Shown piece after piece: positions 1-10,319 of a stretch of DNA of 64,000 nt (the stretch's first letter is position 1; every line of letters starts with the position of its first letter). The stretch comes from Longimicrobiales bacterium. GTDB lineage: Bacteria > Gemmatimonadota > Gemmatimonadetes > Longimicrobiales > Gaopeijiaceae. The stretch is from positions 1,056,001 through 1,120,000 of the forward strand of contig OZ220732.1 of assembly GCA_965116905.1 (NCBI GenBank), read 5' to 3'. The notes beneath the pieces were generated by a model, which was given only the letters and a program-made list of their open reading frames with translations, ran no database searches and had not been told where the DNA came from. Made by a program: the position numbers and the translations under genes.

Positions 1-74
1 ACTGTAGTCAGGGCTGACGCAAGGGGACGCCGTCGGCGGCCTCGTGTCGCCGGTGGAAGCGGGCCGGGCGCGCC

Positions 75-509
75 TCAGGGTGCGTCCGGCCCGCTTGCGT
101 CCAGCATGCGTGCCGCGAGGCCGGGCGGCGGGATCTCGCAGGCGTCCGCGCGGCCGAACCAGCGGCGGCGGTTGCGTGCGAAAACGTGATATGCCGTGTC
201 GCGCAGGGGACGGGGAACGAGCAGGGCGAGGGTGAGGACGGGCCAGGGGAAGCGCAGCTGGCGCACCAGCCGCAGGACGGCGGTCGAGGCCGTGTGGACG
301 CCCGCCCGGTCGAGGAGCACGATGGCGTCGGGGAGGGAGTTGAAGTCGCAGTCGGGGTCGGTCAGCACGGCGGCGCGGCGGGCGGCGTCGGAGGCCAGGG
401 GCGCGAATCGAAGCCGCGCCCGGGGGTCGCGCTTCAACGTCCACCGAACGGTGGCGTTGCAGAAGGCGCAGTCACCGTCGAAGAGCACGACTGGCCGAAG
501 ATCCTTCAT
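75..509 (-). CDS. DCC1-like thiol-disulfide oxidoreductase (DUF393)
   Basis: N-terminal VVLFDGDCAFCN (DxxCxxC) motif; 144 aa. Confidence 0.85.
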   Translation of the reverse strand: MKDLRPVVLFDGDCAFCNATVRWTLKRDPRARLRFAPLASDAARRAAVLTDPDCDFNSLPDAIVLLDRAGVHTASTAVLRLVRQLRFPWPVLTLALLVPRPLRDTAYHVFARNRRRWFGRADACEIPPPGLAARMLDASGPDAP

Positions 510-616
510 GGCATCCTCACACAGGGGAGATTTGCGCCGGCAGGTGTCGGGTGGCGAAAATGCGGGCTGTCATTTCAGGACCGCAACCGCACACCGACGG
601 AGGGCGGACGGATCGA

Positions 617-1672
617 ATGAGCGTAAGGCTGATGGTGGGGACGGGGAAGGGCGGATTCTGGGTGACCAGCGACGATCGCCGCGCTTGGAAGGTGACCGGG
701 CCGTTCTTCAAGGGGTGGAAGGTGACGGCCGGTCTGCGCCTCGCCGACGGGCGCTACATGGCCGCGGTGGCGAGCGACATCTACGGGCCCGCGATCCATA
801 TGTCGGCGGACGGTGAGGAATGGGAGCAGCTGGCGAGCGGCCCGGCGTACGCAGGCGGGGGCGACCGGCGCCTCCGCGAGATCTGGACGCTGCGCGAGAA
901 CCGGGGCGTGATCTACGCGGGCGTTCAGGACGCGGGCCTGTTCACGAGCTCGGACGGCGGCGCGTCGTGGGCGCCGGTGACCGCCCTGAACGAGCACGCT
1001 TCGCGGGAGGCGTGGATGCCGGGTGCCGGGGGCCTGTGCTGCCACGCGCTGCTCTTCGACCGAAATGATCCGGAGCGCATGTGGTGCGGTATCTCGGCGG
1101 TCGGAGTGTTCCGGACCGACGATGGCGGGGCGACCTGGACGCCGAAAAACCGCGGCGTGCCGGCTGCGCTCGAAGACAAGCGCCACAAGGGGATCGGCAC
1201 CTGCGTGCACGGACTCGCGCAGGATCCCGACGACCCGGACCGGATCTTCCGGCAGGACCACCTGGGGATGTTCCGCAGCGGGGACGGAGCGGAGAACTGG
1301 GAGCGCAACGAGGAGGGCCTCGAAGTGGCGTTCGGGTTCCCGGTCGTGATCGACCGGGCAAGCAGGTACCTGTTCGCGGTACCCCTCGAGGCGGACCAGT
1401 ACCGCGTGCCACTCGGCGGCGCGCTCCAGGTCTACCGCAGCACCGACGCAGGCGACAGCTGGCACTCCGCATCCGCGGGGCTGCCCGCGGCCGACGCATA
1501 CGGCACCGTGCTGAGGGGCGCGATGGCGGTCGACAACCTGGAACCCGGCGGCGTCTACTTCGGCACCACGTCCGGGACGCTGCACGCGACCGCCGACCTG
1601 GGAGAGAGCTGGACCAATATCCCGGCCATCCTGCCGCGCATTCTGCACGTCTCGGCGTGGGTGGGCGGCTGA
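617..1672 (+). CDS. BNR/Asp-box (sialidase-like) beta-propeller protein
   Basis: Repeated Asp-boxes (SSDGGASW, TDDGGATW, STDAGDSW, TADLGESW); start moved to ATG 617 (MSVRLMVGTGKG). Confidence 0.85.
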   Translation: MSVRLMVGTGKGGFWVTSDDRRAWKVTGPFFKGWKVTAGLRLADGRYMAAVASDIYGPAIHMSADGEEWEQLASGPAYAGGGDRRLREIWTLRENRGVIYAGVQDAGLFTSSDGGASWAPVTALNEHASREAWMPGAGGLCCHALLFDRNDPERMWCGISAVGVFRTDDGGATWTPKNRGVPAALEDKRHKGIGTCVHGLAQDPDDPDRIFRQDHLGMFRSGDGAENWERNEEGLEVAFGFPVVIDRASRYLFAVPLEADQYRVPLGGALQVYRSTDAGDSWHSASAGLPAADAYGTVLRGAMAVDNLEPGGVYFGTTSGTLHATADLGESWTNIPAILPRILHVSAWVGG

Positions 1673-1950
1673 TGGGCGCGGTGACCGTCACCCTCCCCTC
1701 GCTGCTCGATCCGGCCACCGGGGGGGTGCGCGAGATGGCGGCCTCGGGCGCGACCCTGCGCGAGGTCTTCGCCGACCTTCTCGCGCGCGAGCCGCGGCTC
1801 AGACCCCATCTGTTCAACGAAGCCGGGGAGCTGCGGCGCCACGTCCTCTGCTTCCACAACGGGACCAACACGCGCTGGCTGGACGGCTGGGACGGGCCTG
1901 TGGCCGACGGCGACACCGTGCTCTTCATGCAAGCGGTCTCGGGCGGATAG
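1672..1950 (+). CDS. MoaD/ThiS family ubiquitin-like sulfur carrier
   Basis: 92 aa ending QAVSGG (C-terminal GG); ATG overlaps upstream TGA (TGATG). Confidence 0.85.
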   Translation: MGAVTVTLPSLLDPATGGVREMAASGATLREVFADLLAREPRLRPHLFNEAGELRRHVLCFHNGTNTRWLDGWDGPVADGDTVLFMQAVSGG

Positions 1951-1959
1951 GGCGGCCCG

Positions 1960-3051
1960 ATGCCCTCCTGGTTCCGCCGCTACCTGCTTCCCGGCCTGGT
2001 CTTCCAGTCGATCATCATCGCGGGCGGGTACGGCACCGGGCGCGAACTGGTCGAGTTCTTCCTCGAGTACGGACCGACCGGGGGCCTGCTGGGGATGCTG
2101 CCCTCGACCGTGCTGGTGAGCGTCACGTGCATGGTCGGCTTCGAGTTCGCGCGCGCCTACGGCAGCTACGACTACCGCTCCTACTTCAGGCACCTCCTCG
2201 GCCGCGGCTGGTTCCTCTACGAGATCGGGTACCTGACCGCGGTGCTGCTGATCCTGGCCGTGATCGGGTCGGCCGGGGGCACGTTCCTGGCCGAGACCTT
2301 CGGGATCCCCGGCTGGGTGGGGGCGGTCGGGCTGCTGTTTGCCGTCGGCGTGCTGGTGTTCCGCGGCACGGCCACGATCGAGCGGTTCTTCGCGGGGTGG
2401 TCGTTTCTGCTGTACGGCGCGTACATCGTGCTGTTCGCGTGGAGCATCGCGCGCTTCGGCGACCAGATCGCCGTCGGGCTGGGGGCGGGGGAAGTGCGCC
2501 CCGGCTGGTTCTGGTCCGGCGCGCGGTACGGGGCGCTGCAGATCTCGCTCGTGCCCGCCATGCTCTTCGCGACGCGCCACATTCGCCGCCGCAAGGAGGC
2601 GCTGTGGGCCGGGGCGCTGGCGGGGCCGATCGCGATCATCCCGGGGCTGCTCTTCTACTTCGCGCTCGCGGGGCAGTACCCGGTCGTGCTGGATCGTCCC
2701 GTGCCGACGAACCACCTCCTCGAGGTGCTGGGGTCGAGAGCGTTCCAGATCACCTTCCAGGTCGTGCTCTTCGGCACGCTCATCGAGACCGGGGCCGGGC
2801 TGATCCACGCCTTCAACGAGCGGGTGGACGGCGTGTACCGCGGGAAAGGTCGTGCGATGCCGGCCGGGCTACGGCTGCTGACCGGCGCCGGACTGCTGCT
2901 CGCCGCGTATCTGCTTTCGCGCGTCGGCCTCGTGGGACTCGTCGGCACGGGCTACAATGCCATGAGCGTCGTCTTCATGGCGATCGTGGTCGTTCCGCTG
3001 CTGACGGTGGGGATCCACAAGTTGCGCGGCCGCGGAGGAGACGTCCCGTAA
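1960..3051 (+). CDS. YkvI-like multi-pass membrane protein/transporter
   Basis: IIAGGYGTGRELVEFF motif; about 10 hydrophobic segments. Confidence 0.75.
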   Translation: MPSWFRRYLLPGLVFQSIIIAGGYGTGRELVEFFLEYGPTGGLLGMLPSTVLVSVTCMVGFEFARAYGSYDYRSYFRHLLGRGWFLYEIGYLTAVLLILAVIGSAGGTFLAETFGIPGWVGAVGLLFAVGVLVFRGTATIERFFAGWSFLLYGAYIVLFAWSIARFGDQIAVGLGAGEVRPGWFWSGARYGALQISLVPAMLFATRHIRRRKEALWAGALAGPIAIIPGLLFYFALAGQYPVVLDRPVPTNHLLEVLGSRAFQITFQVVLFGTLIETGAGLIHAFNERVDGVYRGKGRAMPAGLRLLTGAGLLLAAYLLSRVGLVGLVGTGYNAMSVVFMAIVVVPLLTVGIHKLRGRGGDVP

Positions 3052-3087
3052 CGCTCGCTGGCCGAGCAGAAATGAGTATATGAGTAT

Positions 3088-4698
3088 ATGAGTAACTCGA
3101 TGGAGCGCCGCCGTTTTCTGGCCACCGCCGCCGCTGCCGCCGCCGCCGGAGGCCTCGATCCCACCGCGCTGGCCGGTGCCGAAGCTGCCGGCGTCCCGCA
3201 GACCCCGCCCCAGGAGGCCCCGCCGCCCATCCCCCTCGGCAACGGCGAGCCCCCGGCGCTCCAGTTCCAGGCCTACCCGGGCGGCACCGGCGCGCTCATG
3301 GAGAAGATGTGGCACGAGACCGGCGGGAACCCCTTCGAGCGCACCGAAATCGCCGTTGAGCGCTGGAGCGGGCCCGTGCCGACAACCGAGGAAGACCTCG
3401 CGTTCCTGCCGGTGCACCGCCTCGCGGCCCTGATCCGGGCGCGGGACATCACTTCTGCCGAGCTGACCGAGGTCTACCTCGACCGTCTCAAGCGGCTCGA
3501 CCCCGTTCTGCTCTGCGCGGTGACCATCCTGGAGGGCCGTGCGCAGGAAGAGGCACGCCAGGCCGACATGGAAATCGCGGCCGGGGACTGGCGCGGACCC
3601 CTGCACGGCATCCCCTACGGGCTCAAGGACCTGTTCGCCGTCGCGGGTACCCGCACGACGTGGGGCGCCGCCGACTTCAGCCACCAGTTCACCCGGTACG
3701 ACTCCGAGATCGTGGTGCGGCTGCGGAAGGCGGGCGCGGTGCTCGCGGCCAAGCTTGCCACGGGCGAGTTCGCGCGCGGCGACCGCTGGTACCGGGGCCG
3801 CACCCTGAATCCGTGGAACCTCGACGAGGGGTCGAGCGGGTCGTCGGCGGGTCCCGGTTCGGCCACCGCCGCCGGGTGCGTGGCGTTTGCGATCGGGACC
3901 GAGACCCAGGGGTCCATTGTGTCGCCCTCGCGGCGCTGCGGACTGACCGCGCTGAGGCCCACCTTCGGCCGCGTGAGCCGTTACGGCGGCATGGTGCTGT
4001 CGTGGAGCATGGACAAGACGGGGCCGATGTGCCGCAGCGCGCTCGATTGCGCCCTCGTCTTCAACGCGGTCCACGGGGCCGACGAGAAGGATCCCGGGTC
4101 GCTGACCACGCCCTTCCGCTTCGATCCCGATCCCGACCTCGGCGCCATGAGGATCGGCTTCGACGAAGACGCGCCCGAGTCGTTCGTCGAGGCGCTGCGG
4201 GCCCTGGGCGCCGACCCCCAGCCCATGCCCGAGATCCCCGACCGCCGCTCCAACGCGCTGGGTGTCGAGTCATCGGCCGCGTTCGACTTCCGCGTCGCAC
4301 CCGACGGCGAACCCGAGGCGATCCCCGAGGGTCTCGATCAGGACGAACGCCGCCGCCGCGGCCGGTTCCGGGGTGGCCGCGACGTGCGCGCACTCGATTT
4401 CGTGCAGTCGCAGCGGCGCCGTCACATCCTCATGAAGGAGATGGCCGAGGTCATGAAGGACTTCGACATGTTCGTGAGCGGTTCAGGGCTGGTCGGCCTC
4501 ACCAACCAGACGGGACACCCGGCTGCGGTCGTCCCGTACGACTACGGGGTCCGCAACCCGGATTCCGAGAGCCCGACCGAGATGCCGCTTACCACGACCC
4601 TGATCGGCGACCTGTTCACCGACGACAGGATTCTGAGCGTGGCCCACGCCTTCCAGAAGGGGACCGACTGGCACTTGAGGCGGCCGGAGATCGGGTAG
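3088..4698 (+). CDS. Amidase-signature enzyme with Tat signal
   Basis: RRRFL twin-arginine leader; GLKD, GSSGSSAG, GTETQGSI motifs; alternative start 3100. Confidence 0.85.
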   Translation: MSNSMERRRFLATAAAAAAAGGLDPTALAGAEAAGVPQTPPQEAPPPIPLGNGEPPALQFQAYPGGTGALMEKMWHETGGNPFERTEIAVERWSGPVPTTEEDLAFLPVHRLAALIRARDITSAELTEVYLDRLKRLDPVLLCAVTILEGRAQEEARQADMEIAAGDWRGPLHGIPYGLKDLFAVAGTRTTWGAADFSHQFTRYDSEIVVRLRKAGAVLAAKLATGEFARGDRWYRGRTLNPWNLDEGSSGSSAGPGSATAAGCVAFAIGTETQGSIVSPSRRCGLTALRPTFGRVSRYGGMVLSWSMDKTGPMCRSALDCALVFNAVHGADEKDPGSLTTPFRFDPDPDLGAMRIGFDEDAPESFVEALRALGADPQPMPEIPDRRSNALGVESSAAFDFRVAPDGEPEAIPEGLDQDERRRRGRFRGGRDVRALDFVQSQRRRHILMKEMAEVMKDFDMFVSGSGLVGLTNQTGHPAAVVPYDYGVRNPDSESPTEMPLTTTLIGDLFTDDRILSVAHAFQKGTDWHLRRPEIG

Positions 4699-4730
4699 GC
4701 GACAAGCCGGACGTCTCGCAGGGAAGCCCT

Positions 4731-7496
4731 CTACGGAATCAGCTTGTTGGCGAAGTCGCCTCCACGGAAGACGGAGATCCTGTCCAGCGGAAGGTAGTCG
4801 CGCAGAGCCCGGTTCACTTCTTCGAGCGTGAGCGCTTCGAAGGCCGCTTCCTGGGCTTCGATGAACGGCATGCCGCGGTTCAGGAACAGGTTGTTGCTGA
4901 GCTGGCTGGCCAGCCCGAGGTCATTCGAGCGGCCGTTCTGCTGGGTGTCGAGATACCCTCTCCTGGCCGCATCCAGCTCTTCCTGGGTGAACCCGTCCTC
5001 CAGCGCCCTGCGCATCTCGTCGCGGAACGCCTCCACCACCTTCTCCGCGTTCTCGGGCGCGAAGATCGCGTACCCCAGGAAGACCCCGCGGTTGTCGCGC
5101 GAAGGCACCGTCGTCAGCGACCCCACTCCGTAGGAAAGCCCCTCCTCCTGGCGGATGCGGTTCGTCAGCCGGGAATTGAGGAATCCGCCGCCCAATATGA
5201 AGTCGGCCATGCGCAGCGCCGGATACCGCGGATCGTCGTCACGCATTGGGAATGTGGTGACGGCCGCCATCCAGGCGTTCGCCTTGTCCGGCGTTTCGAT
5301 GTCCACGCTGACGGTCTCGATCTCGACGTACGGATCGGGCACATGCTCGTAGGGCTCGGGCGCCGTCCAGTCGGCGAATACTTCTTCCAGCACGGCGAGC
5401 GTCTCGTCGGGATCGAAGTCCCCGACCACCGAGATGGCGCCGCCCTGCGCCCCGTAGAACCTGGACCAGAAGGTCCTCGCGTCGTCGACCGTCGCGGCGT
5501 TCAGGCGCTCGATCTCTTCTTCGTACGTCGTCAGGTATCGAGGATGGGCTTCGGAAAACCGGATGACGTGTCGATTGAAGGCCTGAAGGACCAGCCCCTC
5601 GGGTTCCGAGAGTTGTGGTTCGATCGCCGCCAGCCTCTCTTGCCGCAGTACTTCGAACTCGTCGGGATCGAAGGCGGGCTCGCGCAGGATCTCGCCAGCC
5701 AGCCCGAGGACCGCGGCGAGGTTTTCCCGGACCGTCGTGAAGAATCCGCTGGCCGACAGCACGTTCCCATCAACCCCGCCCTCCGCCTTCAGGCGGTTCA
5801 GCTCGTCGCCGATCTCCTGGCGTGAGCGTCGGGTCGTGCCGCGCATCAGCATCCCGCCGGCCAGCGATCCGGCCATGGCCCGTCCCGTCAGGGTGGCCTC
5901 GGTGCCGTGGCGGAACTCGAAGTGCACGCTCACCGCGTCGCCGCGGTTCTCCTTGGGGAGAAGGGCGACCTGGACGCCGCTCGAGAGCGTGGTCGTCGTC
6001 GTGCGCGCCTCGACGTTGGCGGGGGTCGGGTCGAAGGCCTCGCCCTCGGCCACGGCCTCGCGGCCGCTGTAGCCGGCAACCAGCGCCGCCACGTCGGGCG
6101 CGGCCGGGATTTCGGCGCGGGCAGGCGTCTCTTGCGTCGGTTGGTAGTAGCCGATCGTGCGGTTGGAGGGCTTGAGGTAGGCTTGCGCCACCTGGTGTAC
6201 GGTGGTCGGCGTGACCTGCTCCAAACGGTCGCGGTGGAGGAAGAACAGACGCCAGTCGCCGATCGCCGCCCATTCGCTCAGCTGCAGCGCGATGCCCTGC
6301 GGGTTGTTCATCGCCAGCTCGATGCCCGACAGATAGTCGGTCCTGGCACGCGCCACCTCCTCCTCGGCGGGCGGCGCCGCCACCATCTCGTCGACCGCGG
6401 CGATCAGGGCGGCGGCAGCCTCCTCCAGCGAGTCCTCCTGGCGCACCTCGGCCACCGCCAGGAGCACGCCAGGCTGTTTGAGCTGGTAGGCGAAGGTGAA
6501 GGCATTTGCGGCCAGCCCGGGCTCCACCAGGTTGCGGTAGAGGCGCCCGGCCGGACGGGTCCCGAGGATGTGGGTGAGCACTTGCACCGCCGCGGTCTGC
6601 TCGTGAGAGCCCGGCGGTACATGGTAGGCCGCCATGACCATCTGCACGTCGCCCACGCGCCGCAGGGTTACCGTGCGCTCCCCGTCCTGGACGGGTTCGG
6701 CCGTGTATGTCTCGAACAGCCGGTTCTCGCCGGTGCGCTCCGGACGCGGGATCGCGCCGAACTCCTCGGCCACGAGCTCGATCGCGTACTCCGGCTCGAA
6801 GTGCCCGCCGATCACCACCAGCGCGTTGTCGGGCTGGTAGTACCTGCGGTAGAAGGCCTGCAGGCGCTCGATCGGCAGGTTCTCCACGTCGGCGCGCACG
6901 CCGAGTGTCGAGTTGCCGTAGTTGTGCCAGTTGTACGCAGCCGCCATGACGCGCTTCCGAAGGACGGAGAGCGGCTCGTCGTCGGCCAAATCCAATTCGT
7001 TGCGCACAACCGTCATCTCGGACTCGAGGTCCTCGGCCGCGATGAAGGAGTTGACCATGCGGTCGGCCTCCAGGTCGATGGCCCATGCCAGGTTGTCGTC
7101 GGAGGCCGGGAATGTCTCGTAGTAGTCGGTGCGGTCGAACCCGGTGGTGCCGTTCGTGAAGGCGCCGCGCTCGGTCAACTCGTCGGGGATGTTCGGGTGG
7201 TCGGGCGTGCCCTTGAAGAGCAGGTGCTCGAGCAGATGCGCCATGCCCGTCTCACCGTACCCTTCGTGACGGGATCCGACCATGTAGGTCACGTGGACCG
7301 TGATCTGCTGCTTGCTTTGGTCCGGGAACAGGAGGAACCGCAGACCGTTGTCCAGACGGTACTCGGTAATTCCCTCGACGGACGCCACTTGCCTGACACC
7401 CTCGGGCAGTTCCTGAGACGAAGCGCTCGGGGCCACCACCGCCCAGAGGGCGAGGGCGGTGGCCAGCGTCGGAGCGTGGTCGAGCTTCAGCTTCAT
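4731..7496 (-). CDS. M16 (pitrilysin-family) zinc protease, secreted
   Basis: HLLEH (HxxEH) motif; two-lobe architecture; signal peptide after ATG 7496 with AAGGAGA RBS. Confidence 0.9.
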   Translation of the reverse strand: MKLKLDHAPTLATALALWAVVAPSASSQELPEGVRQVASVEGITEYRLDNGLRFLLFPDQSKQQITVHVTYMVGSRHEGYGETGMAHLLEHLLFKGTPDHPNIPDELTERGAFTNGTTGFDRTDYYETFPASDDNLAWAIDLEADRMVNSFIAAEDLESEMTVVRNELDLADDEPLSVLRKRVMAAAYNWHNYGNSTLGVRADVENLPIERLQAFYRRYYQPDNALVVIGGHFEPEYAIELVAEEFGAIPRPERTGENRLFETYTAEPVQDGERTVTLRRVGDVQMVMAAYHVPPGSHEQTAAVQVLTHILGTRPAGRLYRNLVEPGLAANAFTFAYQLKQPGVLLAVAEVRQEDSLEEAAAALIAAVDEMVAAPPAEEEVARARTDYLSGIELAMNNPQGIALQLSEWAAIGDWRLFFLHRDRLEQVTPTTVHQVAQAYLKPSNRTIGYYQPTQETPARAEIPAAPDVAALVAGYSGREAVAEGEAFDPTPANVEARTTTTTLSSGVQVALLPKENRGDAVSVHFEFRHGTEATLTGRAMAGSLAGGMLMRGTTRRSRQEIGDELNRLKAEGGVDGNVLSASGFFTTVRENLAAVLGLAGEILREPAFDPDEFEVLRQERLAAIEPQLSEPEGLVLQAFNRHVIRFSEAHPRYLTTYEEEIERLNAATVDDARTFWSRFYGAQGGAISVVGDFDPDETLAVLEEVFADWTAPEPYEHVPDPYVEIETVSVDIETPDKANAWMAAVTTFPMRDDDPRYPALRMADFILGGGFLNSRLTNRIRQEEGLSYGVGSLTTVPSRDNRGVFLGYAIFAPENAEKVVEAFRDEMRRALEDGFTQEELDAARRGYLDTQQNGRSNDLGLASQLSNNLFLNRGMPFIEAQEAAFEALTLEEVNRALRDYLPLDRISVFRGGDFANKLIP

Positions 7497-7802
7497 GAAT
7501 CCGTTCTCCTTGGTGGGCCGGGTGAACCGCATTCTCTGGAAACCGCCGGCGCGGGGCGCAATCCCCACGTCACTGTCGATCCCATCGGTTGATCCTCGGC
7601 TGGATCTTGTCCAATGTCTCACCGCAAGCGCAACTCTTCCACGAGAAACCGGGTGGACAGCGGAGCGCTCCTGGTTCCGCAAGGCAGGGGCAGAGGTACG
7701 AAATACGGTCTCGCGCGCCGCTACTACTCGCTGTTCTGGCGGAGCGAGGCCGGATGACCAAGGCGGAGATCCGGCGAATGTCGGGCTACTCCAGAACTCA
7801 GC

Positions 7803-10319
7803 TCACAACAGCGACGCGCGCTTTCCGCTCTCCGAAAGAAACTCCAGGTAGCGTCCGAACGCCCGGTCGATCGCCTCACGCGTCAGCCCGTAGTCGGCGA
7901 TGTCGTACTTGTGTCGCTTTTCCTTTTGCCGGTGCGCGGCCTGAACCTCGCGCCATTCCTCCATCGCGGCGACGGCTTCCGGCTCCAGGGACCAGCCGAA
8001 GCGGTCGTAGATGTGGGCCACTACCGCCATGGGGTTCTCCACCAGGTCGTAGAAGCTGACGTCGAGCCACCGGTCCTCGAGCTCGGGGTGTTTGTTGCGA
8101 AAGTCCACCGCCCCGTTGAGCATGCGACTCATGAACGCGAGCTGCTCCGCCCCGAGATCGTCGGGCGCGCCGGGTTCGCAGGAGAGACGGCGAACCCGTT
8201 CGACGAGGCTACACCAGGAACCCATGACCTGGGCGGGTTCGCGATGGGTCTGAATGAACAGGGCATCGGGATACGTCTTGATCAGCGCTTCCAGTTCGAA
8301 GAGGTGGAAGGGCGCCTTCAGCACCCACTGCCCCTGGCCGCGGACGGGCCGCTGCCGCCGCTGATGCGTGTAGTTCTGCATCGCGCGGCGGTGAAAGGCG
8401 TAGCTCTCCGACATGTCCCTGTCGGCAAGCCAGCGGGCGAAGTCCGGAATATGGAACCAGATGGTTGCGCCCCAGGCCGCAAACCCCAACCTGAGGAGTC
8501 CGAGGTCCTCCTCCGGTTCGTTCACGTCGAAGTGATGCACGCCCTTGAACATGTCGAGGATTCCCGACGCGCTCAGAAGTTCTTCCGCGAGGGCTCGCCG
8601 CGGATCGTCCGCCGAGCCCGCCAGCGTGGCGTAGTCACCGCCTGCCAGGACCGGCTCCACGTACTCGTAGCCGCGGAGCGTCCAGAATCTCGGGTCGCGA
8701 GACACCAGGCGGTGCAGGAAGGTCGTGCCGGTCCGGTTGACCCCGACGATGAAGACCGGCTGTCTGACGTCCTGTTCCGCGATCTCAGGGTGGCGTCGGC
8801 GCTCGGCTTCCAGGGACGCGTTGTTGCGGAACCGGCGGGTGAGATCGAAGGCGATGTAATCGTATCTCTCGACCCGGGCCCCGGTCTCCGGGGCCGACAC
8901 GGCCTGCACGAGCCGTCGGAGTCCCTCAAGCTTCCAGGCAGGGAACGCCACGTCGAAGGGGACATCGTATTCGCGTGCGCACGATTCGGCTCGATGCACG
9001 AGCTTGTCGTAGTCGAGGCGACTTTCGGGTATGCGGTAGGGCCATCGCTCGCGATGGGCCCGCAACCAGTCGAGGGAGCGCTGGAGGATGGTGTACGCGC
9101 TCGGCCACTGAATCGGGTCCGGACAGTCGGCCCGCAAGGCGCGGTTGCAGACTCGAAGGGACGGCTCGGTTGCGTTCCCGCTGAACCAGTAGGCCGCGCC
9201 GTGATCGATCAGGCTCCAGAATCCGTGAAGCGGTGACCGCTCTCCCCGGGCCAGGCAGGCCCGCTTGAACGCCTCGTAGGGAACGGTTCTGTAATACAAT
9301 CCGAAGTCGGCGAGCTGCATCTCGGGTCCCACGGGTGGGTCTTCGGCGTAGTGATAGATCGTGAAGCACCGGTCGGGATTCAGCGAGATGGCCGCCATGG
9401 TGTCGGCAACGACATCGCCCGCCGCGTGGCTCCACTGCAACGTGAACCCCTCCGGCATCTGTTCCACGTCCACGACCGAGGCCACGGTTCGCACCGCGAC
9501 ATCGTCGGCATTGCCGAAACCGGTACTGGCGACGTTCGCGTGCGGGAGGCGGAACAGGGCCACGGGCACCCCCGCGCGGGTCGCGTGAAGCAGCGCCTGC
9601 TCGACCACCACCTTGGTCCACGGATACCCGAGCAGGCCGAGGGGAAAGGCGCGTGTCATGCTCGCGATGTCCGGCTGCATCTGGTGCGTGATGCGGCTGC
9701 CGGAATACTCGTTCGCAAAGCCGCAGAAGTACTCCGGGAAAACCCCCATGGTCGACGCGAAGAAGATGTGTTTCAGGCGCGTGGTCAGGCACAGGTCGAG
9801 CACGCTGCGGATGCTGAACACATTGGTCCTGCGCAGACCGACGTAGGGAGTCGCGACGGTCAGGCTTGCGGCAAGGTGGTAGACGGCGTCGATCCGCTGG
9901 CAGAGATCCGCGAATTGGGGCGACTCCAGGCCGAAACGCGGAAGATGGATGTCTCCCACCAGCGCACGGATGCGCGGCACGAGTTCGTTATCCTGGATCC
10001 CCGCCTCCTCCAGGGCGGTCTGGATGCGCGCCAGGGCGTGGTCGGAATCATCCGCGCGCACGATACAGGTCACTGTCAGGTTCGGGTTCCGCCGTAGAAG
10101 GTCTCTCAGAAGAAAGCGGCCGAGGAAACCGGTTGCTCCGGTCAGCAGGACCTCCCGGAAGTTCCCGGGACCGACCGGGGGGACTGCCCGGGAACGGTTG
10201 GACGTTTCGTTGATGAACCGTTTCAGCGAATCGACATCGTGCTGGCACTGCGGCGGCAGTGTTCCCCTGAGCGGCGGGACCTCCCGGCGCAGCGCGCCCG
10301 ATTCAGACACGTGTCGCAT
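7803..10319 (-). CDS. swfB: Thioester reductase (R) - sulfotransferase fusion, SwfB-like
   Basis: N-terminal VLLTGATGFLG and YPWTK (YxxxK) SDR motifs; C-terminal PVFIVGVNRTGTT, WVLKAP and THREP sulfotransferase motifs; start uncertain (10319-10349). Confidence 0.85.
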   Translation of the reverse strand: MRHVSESGALRREVPPLRGTLPPQCQHDVDSLKRFINETSNRSRAVPPVGPGNFREVLLTGATGFLGRFLLRDLLRRNPNLTVTCIVRADDSDHALARIQTALEEAGIQDNELVPRIRALVGDIHLPRFGLESPQFADLCQRIDAVYHLAASLTVATPYVGLRRTNVFSIRSVLDLCLTTRLKHIFFASTMGVFPEYFCGFANEYSGSRITHQMQPDIASMTRAFPLGLLGYPWTKVVVEQALLHATRAGVPVALFRLPHANVASTGFGNADDVAVRTVASVVDVEQMPEGFTLQWSHAAGDVVADTMAAISLNPDRCFTIYHYAEDPPVGPEMQLADFGLYYRTVPYEAFKRACLARGERSPLHGFWSLIDHGAAYWFSGNATEPSLRVCNRALRADCPDPIQWPSAYTILQRSLDWLRAHRERWPYRIPESRLDYDKLVHRAESCAREYDVPFDVAFPAWKLEGLRRLVQAVSAPETGARVERYDYIAFDLTRRFRNNASLEAERRRHPEIAEQDVRQPVFIVGVNRTGTTFLHRLVSRDPRFWTLRGYEYVEPVLAGGDYATLAGSADDPRRALAEELLSASGILDMFKGVHHFDVNEPEEDLGLLRLGFAAWGATIWFHIPDFARWLADRDMSESYAFHRRAMQNYTHQRRQRPVRGQGQWVLKAPFHLFELEALIKTYPDALFIQTHREPAQVMGSWCSLVERVRRLSCEPGAPDDLGAEQLAFMSRMLNGAVDFRNKHPELEDRWLDVSFYDLVENPMAVVAHIYDRFGWSLEPEAVAAMEEWREVQAAHRQKEKRHKYDIADYGLTREAIDRAFGRYLEFLSESGKRASLL

